NCBI GenBank assembly: GCA_013239625.1
Contig: MU053881.1
Span: 16,608,373 to 16,672,372 of the forward strand
Length of the DNA: 64,000 bases
From: Lama guanicoe
Taxonomy: Eukaryota
Direction: 5' to 3'
Positions within the stretch are counted from its first letter, which is position 1. The number at the start of each line of letters is the position of its first letter. A program made the position numbers and the translations under genes. The notes beneath the pieces are model-generated. The model searched no databases. It was not told the DNA's origin and saw nothing but the letters and a program-made list of their open reading frames with translations. Shown piece after piece: positions 25,364 through 37,089 of the stretch.

Positions 25364-27158
25364 CCATCCAGAAGGTATGTGATGGAAGTTGACGCTGGGG
25401 TTTCAGAAAGGGGCAGAGAAAACAGCGAGGAGTATTTGGGATTAATCAGAGCGAGCCTGCTCTTTGCCAGCCCGCGTCTCTTGCCGAAACATACAGCTGC
25501 GTAGGAGCCTGACACTTTCTACTGTATCAGTTGGCGGCACTCAGGAAACAGAAACTCGACAGCTCCAGTCCCCTTACAACTGGCCTCTCATTGGACTCAC
25601 ACGCCTCAGGGAGGTGTTTTTGAGCAAGAAAAATGGCTTTACCCGTTAGGTTTCAAAATGCAACAAGCAAGACAGGACGACCTTGCAAAAACGTATTTAA
25701 AATCTGTTGGGAGTTTTTTCTTCTACCCTGAGTGCCGCTGAAACCAGCTCTGAGCAGAGAGAGGGTGTTTCCACAGATTGAGGGGGTCAGTGCTCCGCTC
25801 TGGAACAGTTTTTTGGGTTTCTGTTTTTCGCAAAAGCTGCAGAGAGAGGGAACAGAGGCTCACATACATGCATACATGCACACGCACACGCCCTGCATCA
25901 CCAGCGGAAGTGGGCCCGGGCTATTTACTCGAGAAAGATGAATCAGACTGTCATCTCCCATTTCTGCTTTTTGTGGATTACCAAATGCTCTCAGCTGTTT
26001 CCAGGGCTGCCATCGCTGGGGAGGAAGGATGGATGGAGGGAGGGAGGGAGGGAGGAAATCCCAGGCGCTGTTGCAACAGGGCAAGAGTGTTTTAAAACAG
26101 GCGCTGCTTACAAGCTATTTTCACTTTCTGGAAACAACTTGTGCAATTGTTGGTGGCCATGGTTACCACCCAAGGCCCTGAGAAGGGGGAACCTGCCAGG
26201 GAGAGGCATCTCTTCGCCTGAGACATGCGGAGTGCTGTGGGGAGTCTTGCCTTGCACACAAGGAAGTTTCTGGAGTGGCCACTTCCAACCACCTAGGTGG
26301 GGGCTCTGATGTGATTCCTTCACCCAAGGGCACCTGCAGGGGAGGGAGGGTCTTATAATCCTCCAATGCCAGCAACAGGTGGTTTGCTGCAGAAGGCCCT
26401 AGATCCCCTCTAGTGGGGTTCAGGGACCCTCGGGAGGCAGACAGACCAGGCTAGCTAGCACCCAACAGCACCACTCCATGGCTACCTCTCTGGGCCTCAG
26501 TTTCCTCATCTGGAACAGAGGACTCACCATCCATGACCCTTAAACATGGATTTCCTTTTTTTCTAATAGGATGGAAACTCATCTTTAAAAAAAAAAAACT
26601 ACTCAAAGGCAAGACGATTGAAAGGCAAAGCAGGTCAGAAACTCAGCATTTTGCCCCTTCCAAACAACAACAACAACAAAGGTCTGCACACTGCAGAAGT
26701 TTGGCTAAAACCTCAGAAACTTCCAGAAGGAGGTAAGGCTTTTTTCAGTCCGGAGGCGGCCACGTCAGTGGGACCAGCATTTTCTCCAGCTCTGGGGAAA
26801 AGGAGGCAATTTATGGCTCAGGGAACAACCTTAAAATAACTCTCCCTCAGTCCTAAAATGCAGAGTTTAAATTTATAGAAAAACCCACAGGTTCCTGGCA
26901 GCTGGGGGCTGCAGCTGGCAACCCCAGGTGCTGGTGGGGGCAAGACCCACTTTGCCCTGCCTCTGCCAGGCTGCCCTCCATCAAAGCTGTCTCTTCCCCC
27001 CCAGGCCCTCCCAAGTGCCCCAAGCCCCCAGCTTCTAAGCAGTCAGACCAGTGCTGTGATTTTTTTCAAAAGATGTAAAACTTTTTTTTTGAATTAAAAA
27101 ACCAGCAAAATCTTATAAAAATGAACCAGGCACCCAAAATGCCCAACTGTCTGCCCCT

Positions 27159-27197
27159 TATTTACAGTAATACAATATGTCACAGCCCCTATGTACA
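27159..27197 (-). promoter_or_regulatory. Two Pumilio response elements in the KLF2 3' UTR
   Basis: TGTAAATA (27166-27159) and TGTACATA (27197-27190) both match UGUAHAUA. Confidence 0.6.
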
Positions 27198-27304
27198 ATA
27201 TTATAAAAAATGTTGCACAGTACATATTAAGCCTGCATTTTTCACAAGGCATCAAGCCTTGATCCTCTAGTGTAGACCCAGCGGGGGGAAAGACGACACT
27301 TAAT

Positions 27305-27312
27305 TATTGCAC
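27305..27312 (-). promoter_or_regulatory. miR-92a/25/32/363/367 8mer site (GTGCAATA) in the KLF2 3' UTR
   Basis: + strand tattgcac equals GTGCAATA in the mRNA. miR-92a repression of KLF2 is established. Confidence 0.8.
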
Positions 27313-27549
27313 CATTTTGAAAACAAAATTCGTCAAGGAGGATCGTGGTCTTCTCCCACCGGGCCTTCAGTCTCTGATGGGGGCCGGGCGGCGGGGGCGT
27401 CGACGAGGGGGCGCCCTCGGTGGCCACGCTGTGCCCGGCCCGGTCCTCTGGGCCCAATAAATACCAGTCACAGTTTGGAAGGGAGCCGTGCCCGGCGCGT
27501 GGGACCCGCCACGGCCGCGCGCGGGTGGGCGGGAAGGGGGGCGCTTAGG

Positions 27550-27879
<330 letters not shown>

Positions 27880-28232
27880 TTAGGCACGAATCCCCCACCC
27901 CTGGGTCTCCTGATCCCCTAGGGGATCCGAAGCGCGCACTGGTGGCTCCCCAGTGTGTTTTGAGCCACGACGCCAGAGGGGTCCTAAGCGTGCATCTTCT
28001 CCCCAACGGTCTGGGACATAGCATCCCTCTAGGTTTCCTAAACGCACACCCCTACCCAAAGTCCTGAGCCGCGCTCCCAGGAGGGTCCTAAGCACGCGCC
28101 TCCTCCCCGGGCTCCCGAGCCACGCCCCCAGGGGGCTTTCTAAGACCGCGGCCCCTCCGCAACTCTTGGGCTACGCCCCTCTGGGGGCTTCCTGAGCGCG
28201 TCCTTCCGCCGGCGCCCCCCGCCGCCGCCCAC

Positions 28233-28725
28233 CTGTATGCGTGCGCAGGTGCGCCTTGAGGTGCGAGCTCTTGGTGTAGGTCTTGCCGCAGCCGGCGTAG
28301 CTGCAGGTGTGCGTGGCGGTGCGCTTGCGCGGCCAGGAACGGCGGCCGCGCTTGGGCTTGGCTTCCAGCAGCTCCAGCGGAGACGCGGGCGGCGTGAGGA
28401 GACCTCGGGCGGCGGGCGGCGCCAAGCCCAGCGCTGCGGCGGCGGCGGCCGCGTCGTCGAAAAGACCGAAGGCGGCGGGCGCGGGCGGCGGGTAATGGAG
28501 GCCGGTCCCGGGCGCGCCGAAGCCGGGGCCGCCGAAGGGCGGCGGGAAAGGGGCGCGCGGGCCGGGCGCGGGGCGGCGTGCGGGGCCGTCCGGGCTGAGC
28601 GGCGGCGTGTCGGGCGGCGGCGGGGGGCGGCCCCCGGGGCCTCGCATGCACGCGGCTGCTGGGCCTGGGTTTCCCTCGCGCTTGAGGCCCCGCGGCCCGC
28701 GGACCAGGCCTGGCGCGCAGCCGTA

Positions 28726-28759
<34 letters not shown>

Positions 28760-29070
28760 TCCGCCTCAGGGGGCTCGGCCTTCACCAGGCGGCCCGGCGG
28801 CGCCAGCAGGAAGCGGCCGTGCAGCGCGGGTCCCGGCGGCACGTCCAGCTCCGGCCGCAGCAGCTCGGACACCAAGCCGCCCGCGGGGGCGCCGTAGGGC
28901 GGCGGTGCGCTGGGCTCGGGGTAGTAGAACGCAGGCGGCGGGGGCGGCGGCGGCGGCTCCGGGGCGGCCTCAGAGCCCAGGCCGTCCAGCCCCATGGACA
29001 GGATGAAGTCCAGCACGCTGTTGAGGTCGTCGTCGGTGCCGCCTGCCTCGGGCTCTGCGCGCGGCCAGCG
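28233..29070 (-). CDS. KLF2: KLF2 coding exon 2 (activation/repression domains, NLS, zinc finger 1)
   Basis: cccgcAG acceptor; 838 nt, [26 protein letters not shown]...[13 protein letters not shown]...[24 protein letters not shown]; phase-1 donor G/GTGGG. Confidence 0.97.
28726..28758 (-). repeat. KLF2: Coding trinucleotide repeat (GGC)11, polyglycine in KLF2
   Basis: 33 nt of uninterrupted gcc on +, flanked by Asp and Tyr codons. Confidence 0.95.
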
Positions 29071-29255
29071 CTGCGGGTGACAGGGCGACAGGGCGCGGGC
29101 ATGAGCGCGCGGTGGGGCCGGGGATCGTCGCCCGCTGCCTGCGTTCTGCTACCCTGAGCCCGCTGTCCCTAACGTCTGCGTTCTACTACCCCGCAGCCCA
29201 CGTTCTACGACCCTGACCAGCCGCCCCCGCCGCCCGCGGTCCCTGCCGCCCTCAC

Positions 29256-29330
29256 CTCCTGCAGGCCGCGCTCCCGGCACGGGCTGGCGAAAGTGGAGAA
29301 GGACGGCAGGATGGGCTCGCTCAGCGCCAT
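29256..29330 (-). CDS. KLF2: KLF2 coding exon 1 ([25 protein letters not shown])
   Basis: ATG in strong Kozak context CCAGCCATGG, 75 nt, GAG/GTGAG donor. Identical to the recalled KLF2 N-terminus. Confidence 0.97.
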
Positions 29331-29454
29331 GGCTGGGACCCGGGGCCGACGCGGATTCGCGACACCGGTGAGCGGCTGCCCGGAGGCGGGCTGGTCGGGG
29401 CGCGCGCGGGCGGGCGGGGACGATTCTGCGGCCGCGGCCGGGCCCGCCCAAGCC

Positions 29455-29459
29455 TTATA
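29455..29459 (-). promoter_or_regulatory. KLF2: KLF2 TATA box (TATAA); TSS expected near 29430
   Basis: CCTATAAGGC on the - strand, about 125 nt upstream of the ATG, inside otherwise very GC-rich DNA. Confidence 0.8.
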
Positions 29460-29534
29460 GGCGCTGCGCGCGCGGGGGCCGGGCCAAGGCGGCGGCGGCG
29501 GAAACGCGTCCCGGATGGGGACGAGCTCCGGGCG

Positions 29535-29566
29535 CAGCCTAAATTTAGCCGCGGTATATAAGCCGG
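29535..29566 (-). promoter_or_regulatory. KLF2: KLF2 proximal shear-stress/statin response element with palindromic MEF2 site CTAAATTTAG (29539-29548)
   Basis: The - strand reads GGCTTATATACCGCGGCTAAATTTAGGCTG at about -110 to -135, matching the established conserved KLF2 MEF2 element (MEK5/ERK5-MEF2 pathway). Confidence 0.9.
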
Positions 29567-31609
29567 CGGGCGGCGGCGGCCGTGGCCACTGAGGCCGCCA
29601 GGGCTCTGCGCGGCCGGCCCGGCCCCTCTCGAGCCGCCAGGCCGCGTCCCCCAGCCTGGGCCCGCCTCCGCCCGTCTCCCGGGCGACGGCATCAACACGC
29701 GCTCCACAACAGCAGCGTGACGCTCAGGGATCCCCGGGGCGCCCCGTGGGCTCCCGCCTGCGCGAAGTCAGGGAGGACCTGGAGCGGGGGCGGCATCCGG
29801 GACTGTGAGAGGAACGCTGAACCCCAGGGCTTCTGGGGATCCCTGATGGAGGCGGAGATGGGCCCCGCAGCCGAAGCGGGGTCCCCAGAATCCTAGGTGG
29901 ATGGGGAAACTCGGTCCCACGAACTCCGGGGTGGGGTTCCCCGGACTCGTGATGGATGGAGAGACTCGGCTCCATTTTCTGCGGACTCCCCCAAGCCTGA
30001 TCCATTGTTATGCTCACGGCTCTGTCAAAAATCTTGCATGATGAGAAATGTTAAGTCTTTGAGCCACTCTCCCTTCAGGGAGCCTTTCAGAGCAGGGAAA
30101 CTGAAGCTCAGGAGGCAGTGGGAGTGACTTGAGGTCCTGCAGCTGCCCCAGGCCTGGTGCTTTACTGACTGGTGTTAAGTGAAGAGACAACACAGCGATG
30201 ACAATTTAACAACACAGACCCAGCTCCGGGGTGGGGGGGTGGCCACAGAGAACAAGCCAACCCTGTGAGCATCTTAAACACCACGGGGCCTGCCAGCAAG
30301 GGACTGTCACTCTTGTTATTGTGTGATGGCCCTGTGTGGGCACTGGGAACACATTTGCCAACAGGCAGACAAATCCTTCTGCCCTTGGGGCTTTCACTGT
30401 AGTGAGGGGTGGGGAGATGTAAAGTAAGGATATTGGGAAAGGGGCCTTTTGGTAGAATAAAGCAGGGAAGGGTGAGAGGTAGTGAGTGTGTGTGAGAGGG
30501 GAGAGAGAGGATGGTGGAATTTTGAACCTCACCCAGGAGGAGATGTGTGAGTCAAGATGTGGGGAAAGGGGGAGCCAAGTGGGCGTCAGAGGGAGAGCAT
30601 CTCATAGCGTAACCTGGAACCAGCACCCAGCCTTGGTCTCTTGATTCCAGAAGGTGTCCATGGTCAGCCACAATTCCGTGGCCAGTGTTGAGGGGTGTAG
30701 GCAGCTCCTGACCTGGAAACCTTCCCTGGGGCCAGCAGGGTTTTGCCAGTGAGAATAGCTGGATCCCCACAGTGCAGGGGCACTGCAGAGGCAGATGGGC
30801 TTGGCACCACACAGGCACCCAGAGACCCCTTTGGGAGTCTACAGTCCTGGACTCTCCCAGCTGGAAGGACACCACTTCACCGTGAGTCATCCGACTGTGG
30901 ATTTGGCAAACATTTGTTGATAAGCCCTATTTACCAGGTGTGAGGGACCCAGAGGTACTTCATTCAGTCCCAGGCACATTTGCTAGCGGGTGGAGGGGTG
31001 CGGGGCTCCCCTCTGCAGCTTTCCCTGGGCTGCTGGAGACTTCAAGTTCAGCTCCAACGTGCTTCCTGTGGCTGCCACTGTGATGGTTGAGACCTCAAGC
31101 TGTGGGACCTTGAACAAGTGGCTGTGCCTCTCTGGGCTTGCTTCCTCATCCATGAAATGCAGATTATAAGAGTACTTAACCCCAAACGGATATCGTGAGG
31201 GTCACACAGGCTCTTTCTCTTTTGTGGAAGTGCTGCTGACATCCTGTGAGCTCACTCCAGGTGCGGGTGAGATGAGCCTCCTGTGTGCTTCGCTCATTGC
31301 CTTTCTTTGGGCCTCAGTTTCCCCGAATGATAATGAGGGAAGTTGAAGGGAATCAAATTTATTTCCCAAGATGACTCTAAGGCAGTTGTAGACCTCTGCT
31401 CAGATGGTGCCAGGGGCCTCCTGTCAGCCTGGGGCAGCTCCTGCAGCTCTCTCCAGCCCATCTCCGTCCCTTCCTCCTCTCTCTTTCCTTGCAGGTTCTG
31501 AACACACCATTCACATTCTACTCTCCAGGCTTTTGCAGTTCTGTCCTCTCACTTTGCCCTTGTTCAGCTCTGGCTCGTCTCCCCCCACCTCTCCCCGCTT
31601 AATGACTGA

Positions 31610-33010
31610 AATTTTGTTTCTTTAGAGCAGTATTAGGTTTACAGATAAAAATAAGCAGAAGTACAGATTTCCCCTGTATCCCCCATCACGCAGTTTCCCC
31701 TCTTATTAACATCTTGCATTAGCGTGATGCATTTGTTATAACTGATGAGCCAATACTGATACATTCTTCTTAACTGAAGCCCACAGTTTACTTTTGGGTT
31801 CACTCTTTGTGTTGTAGGTTCCGTGGGTTTCAACAAATGCATAGTGATGTGTATCCACTGTTACAGTATCAGACGGAAGAGTTTCACTGCTCAAAAAATC
31901 CACTCCTCCCTCCCTGCTAAGTCCTGATTAGGTTCCACAGTTTTGCCTTTTCCAGAATGTCATATAGCTGGAAACACACAGGATGTAGCTTTATCCAACT
32001 GGCTTCTTTCACTTAGCAGTAGGCATTTAAGATGCCTCCCTGTCTTTTTGTGGCTTGATAGCTCATTTCTTTTTATCAGTGAATAGTATTTCATGGTATA
32101 GATATACCAAAGTTTATCCATTCACCTATTGAAGGACTTCTTGGTTGCTTCCAGTTTGGGGCAACATAGTTGCTCTTGAATCTGTATGGACTGTGGCTGC
32201 TCTGAAGATTCATGTGCAGGTTTTTGCCTGGACATGTTTTCAAATTAATTGGATAAATAAATAACTGGGGCCTCAACTGATGGGCTGTAGGATAAGACTA
32301 TGTTTAGCTCAGTAAGAGACTACCCTACTGTCTTCCAAAGTAGCTGGACCATTTGTATTCCCACCAGCAAGGAAAGAATGAGCATTCCTGTTGCTCCACA
32401 TCCTCATCGGCATTTAATGGTGTTGCTCTTTTATATTTCAGTCATCCTAATAGGCATATGGTGGTATCTCATTGTTTTAGTTTGCAATCCCCTGATGGCA
32501 TCTGACATTGTATCTTTCCACATGCTTATTTGCCATCTGTATGTTTTCTTTGGTAAGGGGTCTGTCAGATCTTTGTTCCCATTTTAAACTGGGTTGTTTG
32601 TTTTCTTATTGGGTTTTGAGACTTCTTTGTACATATTGGACACTAGTCCTTTATCTGGTAGGTGTTTTGCAAAGACTTTTTCTCCCCAGTCTGTGATGTG
32701 TCTTCCTATTCTCTTTATGGTGCCTTTTGCAGAGAAGTCTTTCATTTTAACAAAGCCTAGCTTACCAGGATTTTCTTTCATGGATTGTACTTTGGGTCTT
32801 GTATCTAAAAAGTCAGTGCCAAACCCAAGGTCCTCTCGGTTTTCCCCTGTGTTATCATCTACAAGATGTACAGTTTTGCATTTTATATTTAAACGAGTGA
32901 TCCATTTTGTGTGAATTTTGTTTTTGTTCGGTTAATTTTTTGTTTTGCTTTTTACATGTGGATACCCAGTGGTTCCAGCCCCATTTGTTGCAAAGGCTGT
33001 CCTCAGCTCA
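31610..33010 (-). mobile_element. L1MC-like element (3' UTR plus degraded ORF2 end)
   Basis: tttagagcagtattaggtttacag...ttgtattcccaccagcaa...gttgctccacatcctc...ttttcccctgtgttatc. Confidence 0.8.
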
Positions 33011-33367
33011 TCTTACTGTGCATTTCAGTATAAATGTGGGGTTTCCAGGCTCCCCTCTCCCCGTACCCATACTAGCCCCTCCCCAGGCCCTATAGTTCCT
33101 TCCTCCACTCTTTTTTTTGGTTCTACAGCACTTTTCACCATTGGTCATTATTTGTATCCACCTTTTGCCTTTTTTCTGTCTCCCCAACAAACAGCGTGTG
33201 AATCACAGGGAGGGTGGGAGCCATGTCTATGCTGGATTCATTGTGTTTGTCAAGCCTGTGTCTTGCAGCTCCTCAGAGGGACTTCTGTGGGTGGCTCTCT
33301 GCTCCTGCAGGATGGTTGGCACTGTCTCCTCTTCACTCAGCCTCCTGTGGACCTTCCTTATCACCAT

Positions 33368-33817
33368 GGGTGGTCATAAGTTGAATGTGTCCCCCGAAGA
33401 ACTGTCCAAGTCCTAACTCCTGGTACCCATGAAGGTGACTTTAATTGGAAAGAGGGTCTTTGCCGATGTAATTAGGAGTCTCAAGATGAGATCATCCTGG
33501 GTTAGGATGGGCCCTAAATCCAATGAGGTATCCTGAGAAGAGAAAGGACAGAGAGACACAAACACAGAGAAGGCCACGTGAAGGTGGGGACAGAGATTGG
33601 AGTCATGTAACTACAAGCCAAAGAACACTGAGGATTGCCTGGGGCCACCAAAGACCAGGAGGGAGGCCTGGGATGGATTTTCCTTCAGTGCCTCATCAGA
33701 GGGAACCAACCCTGTTGCCACCTTGATTTCAGACTTCTGGCTCCCAGACCTATAAGAGAACACGCTGTTGTTGTTTTAAGCCACTTTTATTGTGACAGTC
33801 CCAGGAAGCTCACACAT
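33368..33817 (+). mobile_element. MLT1C-like MaLR LTR
   Basis: gttgaatgtgtcccc...gggtctttgccgatgtaatt...atgggccctaaatccaatga...ccttgatttcagacttctgg...ttttaagccac. Confidence 0.75.
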
Positions 33818-36800
33818 CATGGGAACCAGCTGTTCTCCCCCCTGCCTTTTTTCCTCTTCAGTAGGGAGCCCCTCAAAGGCAGGGGCCTCCCTTGATTCAT
33901 CTCCGTGTCCCCCAGGCCCAGCTGTGGACCTGGTGTTGAAACAAACACGATGTGAGGAGGCTGGCCACCCACTGAGGACCTCCTGAGGCAGCATGAGACA
34001 CTTCAGCAGAACGCCCAGTAAACGGAACCAACAGCCAGAGCCACCCACGAGTGGAAAGAACGTGGATTTTAGTTGCTACTTCAGCTGTGTGACCTTGGGC
34101 ATGTCATGTAACCTCTCTGAGCCTCAGTTTCACAGTGAGATATGAGATGGCCTTTGTAGATGCTCAAGAGTACTTACTGCCTGATTATGGACATGAATGG
34201 ATGAGCCAGATAGGAGATCCTGGGCCGAGGGCGAGGCTTGGCACTGAGGGGTTCAGAGTGTGGCCCCTCTCGTCCTACCTCCTGGCTATCCAGGCTGCAC
34301 CCGCCTGTGTGGGTGTGTGTCCCCATGACATCTTAGGTGACGATGCTGTTGGAGAAAGAGTTCTGGACTTGAAGTCAGGTCCCAGGTCTTACAAGCTGGG
34401 TGACTTACTCTTGGCAAAGCCTTGAAGCCTCTGAGCAGCCCATCCCATCAACTGCTAAGTTGGGGAGGAGACACATGCCCAAGGTTTACATGATCAGTAA
34501 GTGAACTGGCAGTGCTGAAGCGTAAGGTGGGTACTGTGTAAATGAGCATCCTTCTCCCTGTCCTGGGTAAGTTCCTAAAGGGTAGGAGTGGCTCTGTGTC
34601 TGTGCCCCGGCTGTCCCCCTGTCACAGTTGGGAACTTTATGCCTCTTGATGGTGATGCCCTTGTTTCATCTCTTTCCCAAGGCCTCCCATCCTCTCCTAA
34701 CAAATGAACATTTAGTCGAAGCCAAGGAGGCAGATCATTTCCCTCTAATCCATCAGTAATGTTTGGAGCACTGTGCTGGCACTGATTCTGAGATTGCATC
34801 CAGGCTCAGTGCTGGAAAAGAGGGCTGTGATTGATTATTGATGTCTGTCCATGATTGATTGGTGATGTCTGTCACTGATGGCAGGTTATAGGAGTAGTAA
34901 GTATGCGTCTTCCCACTTACCATCTCTTGCTAGGCTGTCCTTAAGGGCTGAGGAAATTTGCAAATCAGTTTTTAGTCTGAGCAACAAATAAATGCTGAGC
35001 TCACTCTCCATGTCCTGCTGGACGTGGAGAGGAAGCTAAAAAAGTACATAGCCCTGTTTCTGCTCACAGAGAGCTTACAGATCTCCTTCAGCTGGGTCTT
35101 GGCCATTTCCAATATCCTTTATTCCTTTCTACTTTTATTCTAGAGTCTAGACCGCCTCTCTCTTAACAGTTGTTCCACCCCAAATAGCTATTGTGTGCAC
35201 TTGGCCCAACTCCCAAGAGCAAGCACTCAGGAATTCTACAGAAAACACGTCATTTAAAATACAGCTGAGCCTCCAAGACAAATTGTGAATGCTTTAGAGG
35301 AATGACATGTCTCATGACAGCAGCAACTGGACGATGACTCCCAGCTGGGGCAATTAGGGTGTTTCTGCTTAAGTTTGCACAAGTTTTTTGTTTTTTTTTT
35401 CTTTTCAGTGTGTTGCCAAACTCAACTCTCCATGTTGCAAAGATGTTTGGCAGCCTGGTGTTTCTCGAGGATAGGAAGTGATGCAGGCAGGGATGCCCTG
35501 CGTGTGGGCTTTTTTTTGCAAATCACCACCGTGCCATCGCCATGCCACCACTATGCCACCACCATGCTTGGGGCCAAGGCCCGATGAGAAAGGGCACTTG
35601 CCAGTTAGCCTCCTTGTCTCTGGGGCTTTCTCCTTGCTTATGAACAATTAAGTAGTGAGTGCGTAGGGGAAGGGGAAGGATTCCATGTGATTGATGACTG
35701 ATGGATTCCTATGAGAACCCCTTTTCATCTCCTCACCAGCCAGGCTATGACTGTCTTAGTCTCATTGAGGCAGGGTCAGGAGAGGTGGAGGAAGGAACAT
35801 TTATTCAGCACTTACTGTATGCCAGGCCCTGCAATGAAGAACTGCATGTGTTTTCTCCTTTAATCCTCACAGCAGGTCTGTTCAACATGGTGAGTGATGA
35901 ACAGAACAGGGGGCTCAGCCGGAAGTGCAGGTCAGATCCCAGCCCTAATGGCCTTCTCTTTTTAAACCTTAGTCCCTGTTTCATCAAAGGAGCATGAGAA
36001 TGCCTTGTCACATGCTGATGAATATAAGAGACACCCTTTCTAAAGCACTTTTCCTAGAAGAGACCCTCTGTTCTTGGAAGCTGTTTTTATTTGCCTAAAT
36101 CAAGGGCTGGCACACCCTGGCTTGTAGCTTAAAAAAAAAAGTATATATAAGAAAATGTCAGTAGTAGTATTCCTATATTTCATGTATTCTCCAATGTTGA
36201 TTACATACATGTACACATGTGTGTATAATTTTTATCAAGGTGAAATTTATATAAAATTAACTATTTTAAAGTGAAAGATTTAGAGGCATTTAGGACATTC
36301 ACAATATTGTGCAGCCATCACCTCTGTATAGTTTCAGAACATTTTCATCCCCCAAAAGGAAACCCCGTCCTTCCTCCTTCAGCCCCTGGTGACCACTAGT
36401 CCACCTTCTGACTCTATGGATTTGCTTGTTTTGGACATTTCATATAAAGGGAATCACATACTCTGTGACCACAGCAGCTTTTGTTCAGCTAATAGCTAAG
36501 CATGGGTTTTACGTTTATGAATGGCTGAAAAAAATCAAAAGAAGAACAACATTTTGCAATAGAGGACCATTCTATGAAAATCAAATTTTACTGTCCATAT
36601 ATATGTTTTATTGGTACTCAGCCATGCCCATTTATGGGTGCGTTGAGACTATGCCCAGTAAGAGTATGGCCACAGGCCCGAAGCTTAGAGAAGTTTCACA
36701 GGGAGAAACCAGAAGAGCCCAGACTCCAGAGTCTGAGCTGACTGCCCCCACCCCACCCCCTGCCCAAACCATCGCTGCCTCTCATATGCATGTAACAGAC

Positions 36801-37089
36801 ATTTCTGGAATACTTATTGAGCAGGTGCTGGAGAGAGAGCCATCACCCAGAGTAAGCTGGTCCCTGCCCTTACTTAGCTCCCAGGTGTTAAATCAATAAT
36901 TAGCCATGTAGATATGGGGATGACTCTGAAGACAGCCTTTAGGTCAGTGGTTTGAACATTCAACATCAGGAGTGTCTCAACACCTGGACATGAAGGTACA
37001 GTTTATTAGTGATGACTGACTTGAAAGTGATTTTTTTTTTTGCTTTGATTTTTGTTAGCTATTAGCCATAGCTTCTGGACTAGGGGTTG

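Noticed and set aside
26405..26416. Possible CTCF site (CCACTAGAGGGG on -) downstream of KLF2
   Set aside because: It lacks the conserved GGC(G/A) end of the core, so it is too weak to call without a PWM or ChIP data.
28171..28232. Extension of the exon 2 ORF into intron 2 ([19 protein letters not shown]), a one-finger KLF2
   Set aside because: A canonical donor at 28232 joins in phase to exon 3, and the sequence gives no evidence for a retained-intron isoform.
28237..29157. 306-aa + strand ORF and other long overlapping ORFs (28088-28651, 28140-28760) at KLF2
   Set aside because: Antisense or alternate-frame shadows of an extremely GC-rich exon where stop codons are rare; low-complexity Arg/Gly/Ala translation.
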